A stretch of 50,847 nt of DNA from the NCBI RefSeq assembly GCF_001194135.2, contig NC_068983.1, positions 58,859,176 to 58,910,022 of the forward strand. The letters are read 5' to 3'. Position numbers and translations under genes: made by a program. The notes beneath the pieces are model-generated. The model searched no databases and was not told the origin of the DNA. It was given only the letters and a program-made list of their open reading frames with translations. Positions 37,493 through 50,495 of the stretch are shown one piece after another. Each line of letters starts with the position of its first letter. Within the stretch, counting starts at the first letter, position 1. This DNA comes from Octopus bimaculoides. Taxonomy: Eukaryota.

Positions 37493-37644
37493 CGCAAATG
37501 CAAATCCCATGGCATAAAAGACAAACATTCTGCCAGTGAGGATCTTGCAAGAATATCTGTCTGAATATAAGGCAACCAATATATAAAATAGGGCAGCAAA
37601 GAAGCCAAAACTCTTCCACATCCTGATGATTAGGCTGAGATAGA
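37493..37644 (-). CDS. Candidate exon, possibly MFS transporter TM4-TM5 (SLC18B1-like)
   Basis: Acceptor atatttccag and donor GCG|gtatgt (alternative AAA|gtatga at 37412). The peptide YLSLIIRMWKSFGFFAALFYILVALYSDRYSCKILTGRMFVFYAMGFAFA resembles MFS LS.IIR..EA.GF.A and G....F.G.G motifs, but T-rich strands readily give hydrophobic ORFs. Confidence 0.3.
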
Positions 37645-37839
37645 CTGGAAATATTAATAATAAAGATGAAGTTTGGAACTTTATTGCTTCAAACAAGCTA
37701 TGAAAATCTAGAGAAAATGTCAATGTTAACAGATTAAATTAGAACGGAGTTGTTTTAGCTACAACACACATCCATACATACATACCTTTACTATATATAC
37801 ATGCATACATACATTCATTATACACACACACACCCATAA

Positions 37840-37891
<52 letters not shown>

Positions 37892-39042
37892 TGCATACAT
37901 AAGCATATGCACATAGACATGTAGTCCAGCACAGATGCATATGAACAAACATCATTTTGGCATCTTACATTTTCCCTCCTGTCTCTTAGCTCTTTTCTCT
38001 ATTATTTTTGCTTCTCTTTCATGAAGTGTATTACCTGAAATGTCAAATTCACTTCTCTTTCTTCCTTAGTCATTTTTAAGCTTTATTGTACACTTTTTTG
38101 TTTATTGTTTTTCTACCTTATATATCTACACTTTACAGGCATGTGCTTTGACTTCACTGACTTTGCATAGTATTTTTCGATTGTTTGTTCTTTTATTGCT
38201 TCAAATTCTTACTCATGTTATTTATCTGACTTCAACACACCAACATATACACATACACACATACCTACATACATACACACATACACACGCACACCCGTCA
38301 GTGATGTATATTAGAAAAAAATGTGAACATAAGAAACTGTATAAAGTAGCACTTTTGAACTATAATTCTTTGTTTAATATTTGTGTCACCCAAGACACAC
38401 AAAGAATGGCATGTCACTCTCACCATCATAAAACAGAGTGAACCAATAACTGCCACATTGGGAATCCGTAACCAACATTCTTATTGTTTAGGAAATGTGA
38501 TATAATTATATATAAATATGTACATAAATAAGTAAATATATAATTCACAGGAAACAGATTGGAAGAGATCAAAGACAGCCAATGTGTTTGGAAGTCTTGC
38601 AAACAATTTGATATCAGATATAAAAGCATTAGAAGACATTAGAAGAAATTAGTTCAATTAGTTAAGATTAATTAGAGAACATCAGTGTTGTTGTTGTTGC
38701 AGGGAATGGAGGATGGAAATAATTTGCAAAAATGTCTGGTTGTTTAACGCTATGAATTCTGAGTATAATAGAGTACGAATGAGCATGTACACTCACACAG
38801 ACACAGACACAGACACACACACACACACACACAGAGTCTCTCTCTTACACACACATACAGTAACACATACAAACCAACCCATGCACATTAACACACATGT
38901 CTGATGAAGAAATTTGCTTCCCAAACATATAACTTTGGGTTTAATCACTTTAAGCGACACCTTGGGCAAGTATCTTCTTCCATAGCCCAGATCTGATTAA
39001 GCTCTCTTAAATCGATTTGTAGATGGAAACTGAAAAAAGCCC

Positions 39043-39103
<61 letters not shown>

Positions 39104-40853
39104 AAGAGTACATACATGGCATGTAGATAGGGTTAAATGATGGAAAATATTCATTGCAGAGTAATTACATATTAAAAGGTAAAACTGGAAATTGTTTTAA
39201 TATTATTTATTCCATATTATATGTTTCACTACCAAGAGGAATTACAAAGGTATACACGTAATAAAAACATGTAAAATTTCTCCTATAAGCAATTCATCAG
39301 ACGGAAAATTATTTTAATTCTCTGATGAATTATGTGGATACAAATACTAAACACATCAATTGTTTCTGTGCATTGGTAACACTTGTTAGTTGCTGAGTTT
39401 TCCATATCATATTATTACATAAATATTATATAAATGAACATTATCCAACATCACCTGTGTACTCTTGCAAGTCATCAGGTGAGTGGCATTTTGATGGAAA
39501 ATTGGAAACAATTCTAGTGATTAAAAAATAAATGTCCACCCATACCCCTTCTTGTAGACTCCAAATGTTTCAATTCTTTATTAACACACGACAGATGCCC
39601 AAATGCAAACCTAGAAGTACGTATAATACTACTACTGGATAACAAAGCTTTATACTCTACTCTACTATGTTCTTGACAGAATATACCATAACTATATGTA
39701 TATAAATGCACGACTGGCTCCTGTGTTGGTGGTATGTAAAAAGCACCATTCAAGCATGGCCGATGCCAGTACCGCCTGACTGGCCCTCATGCTGGTGCCG
39801 TGGAAAGGCACCCACTACACTCTCGGAGTGGTTGTTGTTAGAAATTTTGCCAGATCAGATTGGAACCTTGTGCAGCCTTCTGGCTTGCTAGCCCTCAGTC
39901 AAACCGTCCAACCCATGCCAGAATGGAAAGCAGACATTAAAAAAAAAAGATAGACCTTCCAATTCAGCTCTGTTAATGTCTATGTATGTATAGTAAGTTA
40001 AAAGGGATCTGAGAACCCAGGTGGTTACCCAAAACAGCACTCTTGTGAACAGCAGCTGTCGAAATGTATTGGAAGAGATCTTATTCTTGTAGAAACATTC
40101 GTTTCACGCAACCTGAAAATCCAAAAGGTTAACTACAGTAATGGAGCATAGATAACAAGTGAAGAATGGAGTTGTGTGTGTTACATTTATTTGGCAGTTT
40201 GTAATTGTTTCAATAACGTGTTGATAATAAATGATATAACATAACTGAGTTTATGGACTCATTAATGAATGGAACTTGTAAAATGATCTTGTCAAGAAAT
40301 ACAATTAAATTGTGGATATATTCCTTCCTCGTTGACATTTCTAATAATAACTCATCCTTCCGGAATTAATTAAACACCTCCCACTTGGTCGTTTGGATAT
40401 TCTAATATATGTAAACTAAGTAAACTTGTTCATTTTGTAACCATATTTATTTGTTCACAAAGGTTTTGATTAAATGGTTGTGGGTCATTTGTTATATAAT
40501 ACATATTGAATAATCGATTCAACAATATCATTGCTGTCTTCTATGTCTTCATGCATGTTATATTATTTCTCACCCATATGTTATCAGAACAGTTATAAAC
40601 CAGAGCATAAATGTAACATCAACATAATGTAACATAAATAATGTAACATAATGTAACATTCTTCACTTATAAATGTATAGTCATACATATATAAAGGTTT
40701 TCAGTCAGTTTCTATCTACCAAATCAACTCACAAGGCTTTGGTCAGCCTGAGGCTATAGTAGAAGACACTTGCCTAAGATACCATGGGACTGAACCCTAA
40801 ATAATGTGGTTGGGAAGCAAATGTCCTGACCACACAACCAGACTTCTTGAGTC

Positions 40854-40961
<108 letters not shown>

Positions 40962-40967
40962 CATATA

Positions 40968-41824
40968 CAGGGTGTGATGGGTAAATTGTTGCCATTTTAT
41001 ATTTTTAATTTCACGCATGTGCATTGTTTGTTTTTGATTTGTCAACTACACGGTATAGTAGGGTCAGTTGGGCACCATCTGTGAGAAAAACAGCACCATG
41101 ATGCAGTTCACTCTGACAAAAATTTGGAAATGACATGCTGTACTACTTGGCATTAATGCCGGAAGCTCCAATACAAACATTTCAGAGTGTCTGGGTGTCA
41201 ATCTGAAGACATGTAATAAAACACAGCCAGTCGACATCATGGTGTTGGGAGTGATCACTAGTGATGGTGACGTTATGTCTCCATTCATCTTCCCACACAG
41301 CCTCAGACTCAACACAGAGGCCTACAAGTGCTTGGAAGAGATAGTGCTGCCCTGGATCAAGATGGTGGCCACTGGAAGACTATTTCTGGCAACAGGACTC
41401 TGCACCAATGCCACACAAGCAGGAGAACCCAGTCATGACTGTCAGACAATTTTTGCAGCCACATGACCCCTAAAATCTGGCCACCTAACTCCCCACATTG
41501 CAACCTCCTTGATTATTATGTGTGAAATGCAGTTGAGTGAGAGACCAACAAAATTCCTTGTAACACCAAAGATGAACTGAAGGCAAAGATTATAGCAGCA
41601 TTCACCAACTGAAACAAAGAAACTGTCCAGAAGAGTTGCAGGAGAGTCCAAAGTCGTCTGGAGGATGTGGTTGAAGCCAATGACGATTTTATTGAATAAA
41701 TTTACTCTTTACTATTTCAAGATATTTTTATGTAACTTTGGTGTAAATATATTTGTTAAAATGAGATGTCAGTGTTATTTTCATTTTTGCATAATTTAGA
41801 AGACAGCTTATTCAATGTACCTTG
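40968..41824 (+). mobile_element. Internally deleted Tc1/mariner element, maT (DD37D) type
   Basis: TA flanks both ends; imperfect TIRs CAGGGTGTGATGGGTAAATTGT / ACAGCTTATTCAATGTACCTTG. Transposase remnants MVLGVITSDG, WQQDSAP, WPPNSP.CN.LDY; about 37 residues between the last two Asp, reconstructed across frameshifts. Confidence 0.85.
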
Positions 41825-42046
41825 TATGTATATATATACATAACTTTATAGTGTATTTTGGAATGCATGTTTTAAGGTTTTTACCCAGATTATATTAAGA
41901 TATATATATATATATCTTAAGCACTGCTTTTAGTCGAACAAATCTACTCCAGGATTTATTATGATTTATTATGATTTATTATGATTGACCGTTGACTGAA
42001 CACTATTCAATTTTTTTTCTCCGTGTTTTTCTCCTTGTCTCCGTAT

Positions 42047-42083
42047 TCTTTCTGTTGAAGAGCGTAGCTCGAAACGTCAAAGA
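42047..42083 (+). ncRNA. Minimal type-I hammerhead-like motif with A6U core variant
   Basis: TCTTT-CTGTTGA-A-GAGC-GTA-GCTC-GAA-ACGT-C-AAAGA: all helices pair and the cleavage triplet is GUC. Confidence 0.65.
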
Positions 42084-42174
42084 CTTTCCGTATTCCCGAG
42101 CGTCATACTAATATATACTTTTGTTATTTACACCACCTGTCCTCGTCTGTTGTTATTATTTGTATATTCTCCCA

Positions 42175-42205
<31 letters not shown>

Positions 42206-43068
42206 GTATGNNNNNNNNNNNNNNNNNNNNNNNNNNNNNNNNNNNNNNNNNNNNNNNNNNNNNNNNNNNNNNNNNNNNNNNNNNNNNNNNNNNNNNNNNN
42301 NNNNNNNNATATATATATGCATGACTGCATGGTAAGAAGCTTGCTTCCCAACCACATGGTTCTGGGTTCAGTCCCACTGCATAGTACCTTAGACAAGTGT
42401 CTTCTACAATAGCCTTGGGCCGACCAAAGCCTTGTGAGTGAATTTGGTAAATGGAAACTGAAAGAAGTCCATTGTATATATGTGTGTGTGTGTGTGTGTG
42501 TATGTGTGTTTGTCCCCTCACTATCACTTGACAATTGATGTTAGTGTGTTTACATCCCTATAATTTACCAGTTCAGCAAAAGAAACCAATAGAATAATTA
42601 CTAGGCTTAGAAAGAATAAATCCTGGAGTAGATTTGTTCGACTAAAAGCAGTGCTCCAGCATGGCCGTGGTCAAATGGCTGAAACAAGCAATAGAATAGA
42701 ACAATAGAATATATAAAATTCTTAACAAGAATAGTGATGATAGTGACTTTGCAGTTTCCGACTAGTTAGCCTTCATCTAACTGTCCAATGAAAGCTAAGC
42801 AGGCTGAATCTTAAAAGTCATTGTCAAACACAATTCTTGTTAAATAATATGTACCTTATTAAAAAGTGTTGAGTAATCCTTCAGTTTAATATAGAATTGT
42901 CTTTATTATAACTTGGCATAAACACACACACACACACACACACATGTATGATCAGCTTCATTAGTTTAATGTTCAATTCCATAGTCGTATTGAGTTGATG
43001 GAGTTTACTGAAACAGATATTCTACGTCTGGACGCCTTTCCTGTTGCCAACCCTCACCTGTTTCTGAT

Positions 43069-43459
43069 TTGTTGTTGTTGTTGGCACTCCATCACTTATG
43101 AAGACAAGGGTTCCAGTCGATCCGATCAATGGAATAGCCTGCTCGTGAAATTAACGTGCAAGTGGCTGAGCATTCCACAGACACGTGTACCCTTAACGTA
43201 GTTCTCGGGGAGATTCAGCGTGACACAGTGTGACAAGGCTGACCCTTTGAATTACAGGCACAACAGAAACAGGAATTAAGAGTGAGAGAAAGTTGTGGTG
43301 AAAGAGTACAGCAGGATTCGCCACCATCCCCTGCCGGAGTCTCATGGAGCTCTAGGTGTTTTCGCTCAATAAACGCTCACAATGCCCAGTCTGGGAATCG
43401 AAACCGCGATCCTATGACCTCGAGTCCGCTGCCCTAACCACTAGGTCATTGCGCCTCCA
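43069..43459 (-). mobile_element. tRNA(Arg)-derived SINE, family E, full length
   Basis: Reverse complement of the 3026-3412 family; the head is tggaggcgcaatgacctagtggttagggcagcggacTCGaggtc. Confidence 0.85.
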
Positions 43460-44004
43460 CTACCTGTTTCTGAACAAGGTAATATTTCCAAGTTGCCAGA
43501 TGTATCTTCACAGTATATTGGAAGAGAATGAACCTGTTTGAATAGGAGTGATACTTTACCATGCAATGTCAAGACAAAAAGATACACGCATACATACGCT
43601 CATACACACGCATATATATATATTTAAATATACATCTCTCCCACCTTCCTTCCTCTACTTTGTCCAGCTGGGGTGGTCAAGTATTTCTTCTGTCATAAAA
43701 CAAACTCTCTCTGTCTCCCTATCCATACACTAATCCTGGCATACAGTCACTTCCTTTGGTTGCACTCCTTCTCTGAACTAAGAGGTTTTTCTCTTGCAAG
43801 TAATTCGGTGATTCCATTGCTGCTGTTACCAAATAAAAGGCACCTGTGCTAGTGTCACATCCACTCTGTAAAGTGGTTGGCATGAGGAAAGGCATCCAGC
43901 AATAGAAACCTTGCCAAAACCAGACTGTTGGAACCTGGTGCAGCTCTCAGCTTGTCAGCTCCTCTCAAATCATCCAACTCATGCCAGCTTGAAAAAGAGA
44001 CATT

Positions 44005-44079
44005 AAATGATAATGACAATGATAACAACGATGATGATGATGATGGTGATGATGACAATGATGATAATGACGATGATGG

Positions 44080-44116
<37 letters not shown>

Positions 44117-44218
44117 GATGAGGATGATGATGAAAACGACTGCGATCATCATCATGATCATGATGGTCGTGATGATGACGATGCTGATGATGATCATCAT
44201 CATCATCATCATCATCGT
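44005..44218. repeat. (GAT)n then (CAT)n microsatellite shared by two tail-to-tail SINE D copies
   Basis: Read directly from the sequence. Confidence 0.9.
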
Positions 44219-45309
44219 TTAACGTCCGCTTTCCATGCTAGCATGGGTTGGACGATTTGACTGAGGACTGGTGAAACCGGATGGCAACACCAGGCTCCAG
44301 TCTGATTTGGCAGAGTTTCTACAGCTGGATGCCCTTCCTAACGCCAACCACTCAGAGAGTGTAGTGGGTGCTTTTACGTGTCACCCGCACGAAAACGGCC
44401 ACGCTCGAAATGGTGTCTTTTATGTGCCACCCGCACAAGCCAGTCCAGGGGCACTGGCAACGCTCTCGCTCGAAAATCCTACAGGAGCCAGTCAGGCGGT
44501 ACTGGCAACGGCCACGCTCAAAATGGTGCATCTCATGTGCCACCCGCACAAGAACCAGTCCAGGGGCACTGGCAACGATCTTACTTGGCTTGCCGGGTCT
44601 TCTCACGCACAGCCCATTTCCAAAGGTCTCGGTCCGTAGTCATCGCCTCGGTGAGGATGATACAAAGTGCTTCTCTCAGTTTCCATGTACCAAATCCACT
44701 TTACAAGGCTTTGGTCAGCCTGCAGTTATGGCAGAAGTCACATAGTGAGACAGATTTTGAAGCCATGTGGTCCGAAAGCAAACTTCCTAAAGACAACACT
44801 ATGCCTGTGCCTTTGAAAATGCCTTTTTTAAATACATATATATACGTGTGTGTGTATATACGTGTATATATGTGTATATATAGCTGTGTGTTACTGTCCC
44901 CTTGCCTTGACACAACAAGGTGGTTGGAAACTAGGGTCGCCGTCACAGAAGCTGTGTCTTCATTTCCAATATGCCATAAAAACATGTCTGGCCAGGAAGA
45001 AATAATACTTTACTTGGAAATAGGTAAAGGTGGGTGACAGCAAGGACATCCAAACATAGAAAATCTGTCACATCAGATTCTGCCCAAACCTTCCTGTGAT
45101 GGGGAAGTTGGCACTAAACAATGATGATAGCGTAGAAGGAATAACCATGAAGAGATAAAAAAAAAAATCCTTAAAAAAACAAGGTAAGCGCCGACTATAA
45201 TTATTAATATTTGCTAGAACAACAGCTGTCTTGCTTGAAATGATGGCAGTGACGATGGTGGTGGTGGTGGTGGCAGTTTTATAAATAAAAACTGGTGCTG
45301 ATGATAAAA

Positions 45310-45830
45310 GATTACTCTCTCTGTCTCTCTCTTTTGTTATCTCTCTCTGTCTTTCTCTTAACCCCTCTATTCTCTTTCCCTCTTCTCTGTTTCTCCCTTT
45401 TGTCCATCTTTCTGTCTTTCTCTCCCTATCTCTCTCTCTCTCTCTCCTCTGTCCCTTCCACCTCTCTATATCTCCTTCACCATCTCTGCTTCCTTCTCTC
45501 TCTCCCACCTCTGTTTATCCCTCTCTTCCTTTCCATTTTTCCTCTGTCCCTCCCCCTCTGCCCTTTGCCTTTTCCTCTATCTCTGTCTTCCCCTCTATTT
45601 ACCCGGCTGTCTCCCTCCTTCTGCCACTTTCCCTCTGCCTCTTCCCCTCTATCTCCCTGTAACTCTGCCACTTTACCTCTACCTTTTCAATTCTGTCTCC
45701 TCCTCCTCCTCTCACTCTCCACTCACTATTTCCTTCTTTACCTTTGTTTCCCTCCCTCCTCCTCTCTCCCTCTACCAGTCTCTCTCTCTCTCTCTATCAG
45801 TCACTCTCTCTCTTTCTCTCTCCCTCTCCC
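45310..45830. repeat. ~520-bp polypyrimidine (CT-rich) tract
   Basis: The + strand is almost entirely C/T. Confidence 0.95.
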
Positions 45831-46493
45831 TTATATGCTACGGAACAACAAAGACGCCAGTAACGATGTATAATAATCTAAATAATTTACACCATAATAC
45901 TGCTAATGCGATAATATCTTATCTTTGAAATAAGGAACTTTGATTTTTACAATTATGTTTGCTAAACCTTTTAAGTATTTTAGAGATAGTATTAATAATC
46001 TATACAATGTCATATTCTCTCATTATAAAAATGGCCGATGCTTTCAATAGATGTTTGGATTTATTACCTGACAACATGTAATCGCAGTGCACAGCTCGAT
46101 AACTCATTAACTGCATAAGCTCACTCTTCACGCATACACTATGCTCCACCAACACGAAAAACAAAAAAATATAGTTTTGTTTGTGTGTCTCAGCTTGTAG
46201 AGCAGTTACAACAGATGTGAATGTGTACGTAGGTACACATAGACATATATGCATACACACATGAATATGTACACACACATACATACACACATATATGTGC
46301 ACATATGCATATATATGTATATATGTGCATAGATATATATACATACACATATATATACATATATACATATACACATACACACACATATATATATATACAT
46401 ACACACACACATATATATATATATACACATACATATATAATTTATAATATGACTCACCTCCATAAATACACACATATATATACACAAACCATG

Positions 46494-46534
<41 letters not shown>

Positions 46535-46548
46535 CTGTACATTTCAGA

Positions 46549-46585
<37 letters not shown>

Positions 46586-47918
46586 AACCCATGTATATAT
46601 ATATATATGTGTGTGTATAATATGTGTGCACATTTAGTCTTATATTTATTAAAAATGAATAAATGCACACATACACACACAGACATACACACACAGACAT
46701 ACACACACAGACATACACACACTTATACATTTGTGTATATAGATATATGTGTGTGTGTGTGTAATACTGTATATTTCAGATAATATATATATACATTTAT
46801 ATACATGTATCAGAGATAGCAAAAAAGCTATCCAGATGTAAAAATATCATTATCATAATGAAGATGATAGTGATTATCATCATCACCATTAATTATGATG
46901 ATCTTGGTGATGATGATTATAACGATAAAACCACTTTAATCAAGTTAATTAACTTTACACAATATAAGCAACAAAAGCGCCCTCTATATATATGAAACCC
47001 AGCCTTGGTAGTTCGGTCACCTGTTTATCATGTATGTGTTCAGATTTAATAAACAGAGAAGAAAAATGGTCTTCATTTCATTTCATTTATATATTCAGGA
47101 AATATGTGGACATAAACTGAAACAAATTCTTCTTATAGTTGTTTCCAAGAAGTACATCATTATAACGAAGAGGCTGCTGCTGATAATTTCAATAATGGCA
47201 GAAATTAATTTCTTGTTTATGCACACAACATATGTGTTCATACATATATACATAAATATATATCCAATACAAGCTCCTCTTATGTGGAGGGAAACATTCA
47301 ATTTACTCTGGTTAACTGGTTTAATACTTATTATAGTAGGAAAAAATCTTCTATGATACAAATGGGTATATATACAATATACAATAATAAAAAGAAAATG
47401 GAGAGTTAAACTGACATATGATAATTTATTAACATAATATTATATTAGTATTATATAAATATAAATATTTATGTTATAATAATAATAATGATATATTACG
47501 AAGATGTACTTGCATAGCATGCAACTTAAGCTGAGATCATGTGCTAAAACCAAAACATATGCAGCAGCACCATTTGAGCGTAATCGTTACCAGCATCACC
47601 TTACTGGCACTTGTGCTGGTGGCACGTTAGAAATCGAGCGAGGTCATTGCCAGTGCCGCTGGACTGGCTCCCATGCAGGTGGCATGTAAAAGACACCTTT
47701 TTGAGCATGGCCATTGCCAGTACCGTGTGACTGGCTCTTGTGCCAGTGGCATGTAAAAGCACCCACTGCACTCTCGGTGTGGTTGGTGTTAGGAAGGGCA
47801 TCCAGCTGTAGAAACTCTGCCGGATCAGATTGGAGGATGGTGCAGCCTTCTGGTTCACCAGTCCTCAGTCAAATCGTCCAACCCATGCTAGCATGGAAAG
47901 CAGACATTAAACGAGGAT

Positions 47919-48174
47919 GAAGGTGTTCATAAGCCATTTAGAAAACATACAAAAACCGTTAGATTCACTTCAATATTTAAATTTAATTTGCATCAAAATA
48001 CTTTCATCACTTTGAAACCGCAACCTGATCACTGACAAAATGCAGCACGGAATTTTGTCAGTGAACAGATTGCGGTTTCAAAGTGACAAAAATATTTTGA
48101 CATAAATTAAATTTACATGTTGAAGTGAATCTAACGCTTTTTCTGTGTTTTCTAAATGGCTTATAAACACCTTC
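47919..48174. mobile_element. 256-bp fold-back (fully palindromic) MITE-like element
   Basis: gaaggtgtt.ataagccatttagaaaaca...tgacaaaat [~10 nt] attttgtca...tgttttctaaatggcttataaacaccttc; the arms pair along the whole length. Confidence 0.85.
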
Positions 48175-48551
48175 TCTGCTGCAATAATAATAATATAGTA
48201 TTATGTTAATAAATTAACATGTGTGAGTTTAATTCTCCAGTTTCCTTTTATTATTCTTTTGTTTGTTTCACTCATTTGACTGCAGCCATGCTGGAGCACC
48301 ACCTTTAGTCAAACAAATTGACCCCAGGAATTATTCTTTGGAAGCCTAGTACTTATTCTATCAGTCACTTTTGCCGAACCACTAAGTTACAGGGATATAA
48401 ACACACCAACATTGGTTCTCAAGCGATGGTGCGGGGGGACAAACACAGACATACAAACACTCACACACACACACAAACACACATATATATATGACGGGCT
48501 TCTTTCAGTTTTCGTCTAGCAAATCCACTCACAAGGCTTTGGTCACTAGTG

Positions 48552-48606
<55 letters not shown>

Positions 48607-49110
48607 TTGTGTGTGTGTGTGTGTATATATGTGTGTGTATATATATGTGTGCATATATTACAACAAATAATATTTGTCTCTTTTTACAGAAACAAAAGGG
48701 TTTATGGGACTGCAAAAGAAGAGCTCAAATATAAATGAGACAAGGATAAAGAATTTTTAGCCATTTATATTTAACATTTTGATAGGCCGTTCTATTTGTA
48801 TTTTGTTCTATTATATATTTTTACCTTCTGTGCTTTTATGTGTTTGGGAACCATGGTGATTTTTATATGTGATTAAATGTTTGAGAGGTGGTGTTGTATA
48901 TAAAGTCTTTGACCTAAATTTAATGTTTGATCTATAACCAATCCTTCTTTATGTGGTATATATATATATGTGTGTGTGTCTATATATAGACATGTATATG
49001 TATATACATATATATGTATACATGTATATGCATATATATATGTATACATATATATATATATATACATGTATATATGTATATATATGTATATATGTATAGA
49101 NNNNNNNNNN

Positions 49111-49153
<43 letters not shown>

Positions 49154-49176
49154 TATATATAGACGTATATATATAT

Positions 49177-49392
49177 AGCAGTAAGAAAATGGAGGGGAAT
49201 ATGAGGTATTCATCAACTTGCAGACACTACATGTATATATATATACATATATATATATGCATATGTATATATTTTTATATATATAGCAGTAAGAAAATGG
49301 AGGGGAATATGAGGTACTCATCAACTTGCAGACACTACATGTATATATATATATATACATATATATATATGCATATGTATATATTTCTATAT
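49177..49392. repeat. 108-bp tandem duplication inside (TA)n
   Basis: agcagtaagaaaatggaggggaatatgaggta(t/c)tcatcaacttgcagacactacatg occurs at 49177 and 49285. Confidence 0.9.
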
Positions 49393-50060
49393 ATATAAAT
49401 GCAAAAATGGGACAAGAATGCAAAACATCCAGACAGTTAGGTGATACAAAAAAGGGACAACAAATCATTCAGACAGACGATACAAAGTAAACAAGGACAA
49501 GCCATTCGGAGTTCTCTATCCTCAGGTGAATTCCAGATTATCTTTGCAATTTTGGTCGGTTATACTCGAGACTGCTCCAATCTAGCCAGCCCCAAGGAAA
49601 AAGTAAGCTAAGAGAATTATATATATATATATATATATATNNNNNNNNNNNNNNNNNNNNNNNNNNNNNNNNNNNNNNNNNNNNNNNNNNNNNNNNNNNN
49701 NNNNNNNNNNNNNNNNNNNNNNNNNNNNNNNNNNNNNNNNNNNNNNNNNNNNNNNNNNNNNNNNNNNNNNNNNNNNNNNNNNNNNNNNNNNNNNNNNNNN
49801 NNNNNNNNNNNNNNNNNNNNNNNNNNNNNNNNNNNNNNNNNNNNNNNNNNNNNNNNNNNNNNNNNNNNNNNNNNNNNNNNNNNNNNNNNNNNNNNNNNNN
49901 NNNNNNNNNNNNNNNNNNNNNNNNNNNNNNNNNNNNNNNNNNNNNNNNNNNNNNNNNNNNNNNNNNNNNNNNNNNNNNNNNNNNNNNNNNNNNNNNNNNN
50001 NNNNNNNNNNNNNNNNNNNNNNNNNNNNNNNNNNNNNNNNNNNNNNNNNNNNNNNNNNNN

Positions 50061-50495
50061 AGAGAGCTCTTACCTTTGCTGGTGACAAAAGGCCTCTCAC
50101 TCAGAGTAAAAGGCAGACTCTATGACGCATGTGTACGAATAGCCATGCTACATGGCAGTGAAACATGGGCCGTGACTGCTGAGGACATTCATCGGCTTGC
50201 AAGGAATGAAGCCAGTATGCTCCGCTGGATGTGTAATGTCAGTGTGCATACTAGACAGACCGTAAGTACCTTGAGAGAAAAGTTAAACCTCAGAAGCATC
50301 AGTTGTGGTGTGCAAGAGAGACGATTGTGCTGGTATGGACATGTGGTGAGAATGGATGACAATAGCTGTGTGAAAAAGTGCCACACCCTAGCAGTTGAGG
50401 GAACCTGTGGAAGAGGTAGGCCCAGGAAGACCTGGGATGAGGTGGTGAGGTATGACCTTTGAACATTAGGCCTCACCTAGGCAATGACTTGTGAT
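50061..50495 (+). mobile_element. RTE-clade LINE ORF2 C-terminal region
   Basis: KGRLYDACVR.AMLHGSETW...E..MLRW.C....RRL.WYGHV.R...GRGRPRKTW is a typical RTE C-terminus; the 5' part is lost in the N gap. Confidence 0.9.

Noticed and set aside
37615-37665. CTGATGA...GAAA on the plus strand
   Set aside because: Stem II is weak and stem I does not pair; probably chance.
45068-45873. Leu/Ser/Pro-rich and Arg/Glu-rich ORFs
   Set aside because: They are translations of the CT/GA low-complexity tract.
47030-47361. Overlapping 108-aa (+) and 88-aa (-) ORFs
   Set aside because: Compositionally biased, no recognised motif, and weak splice support.
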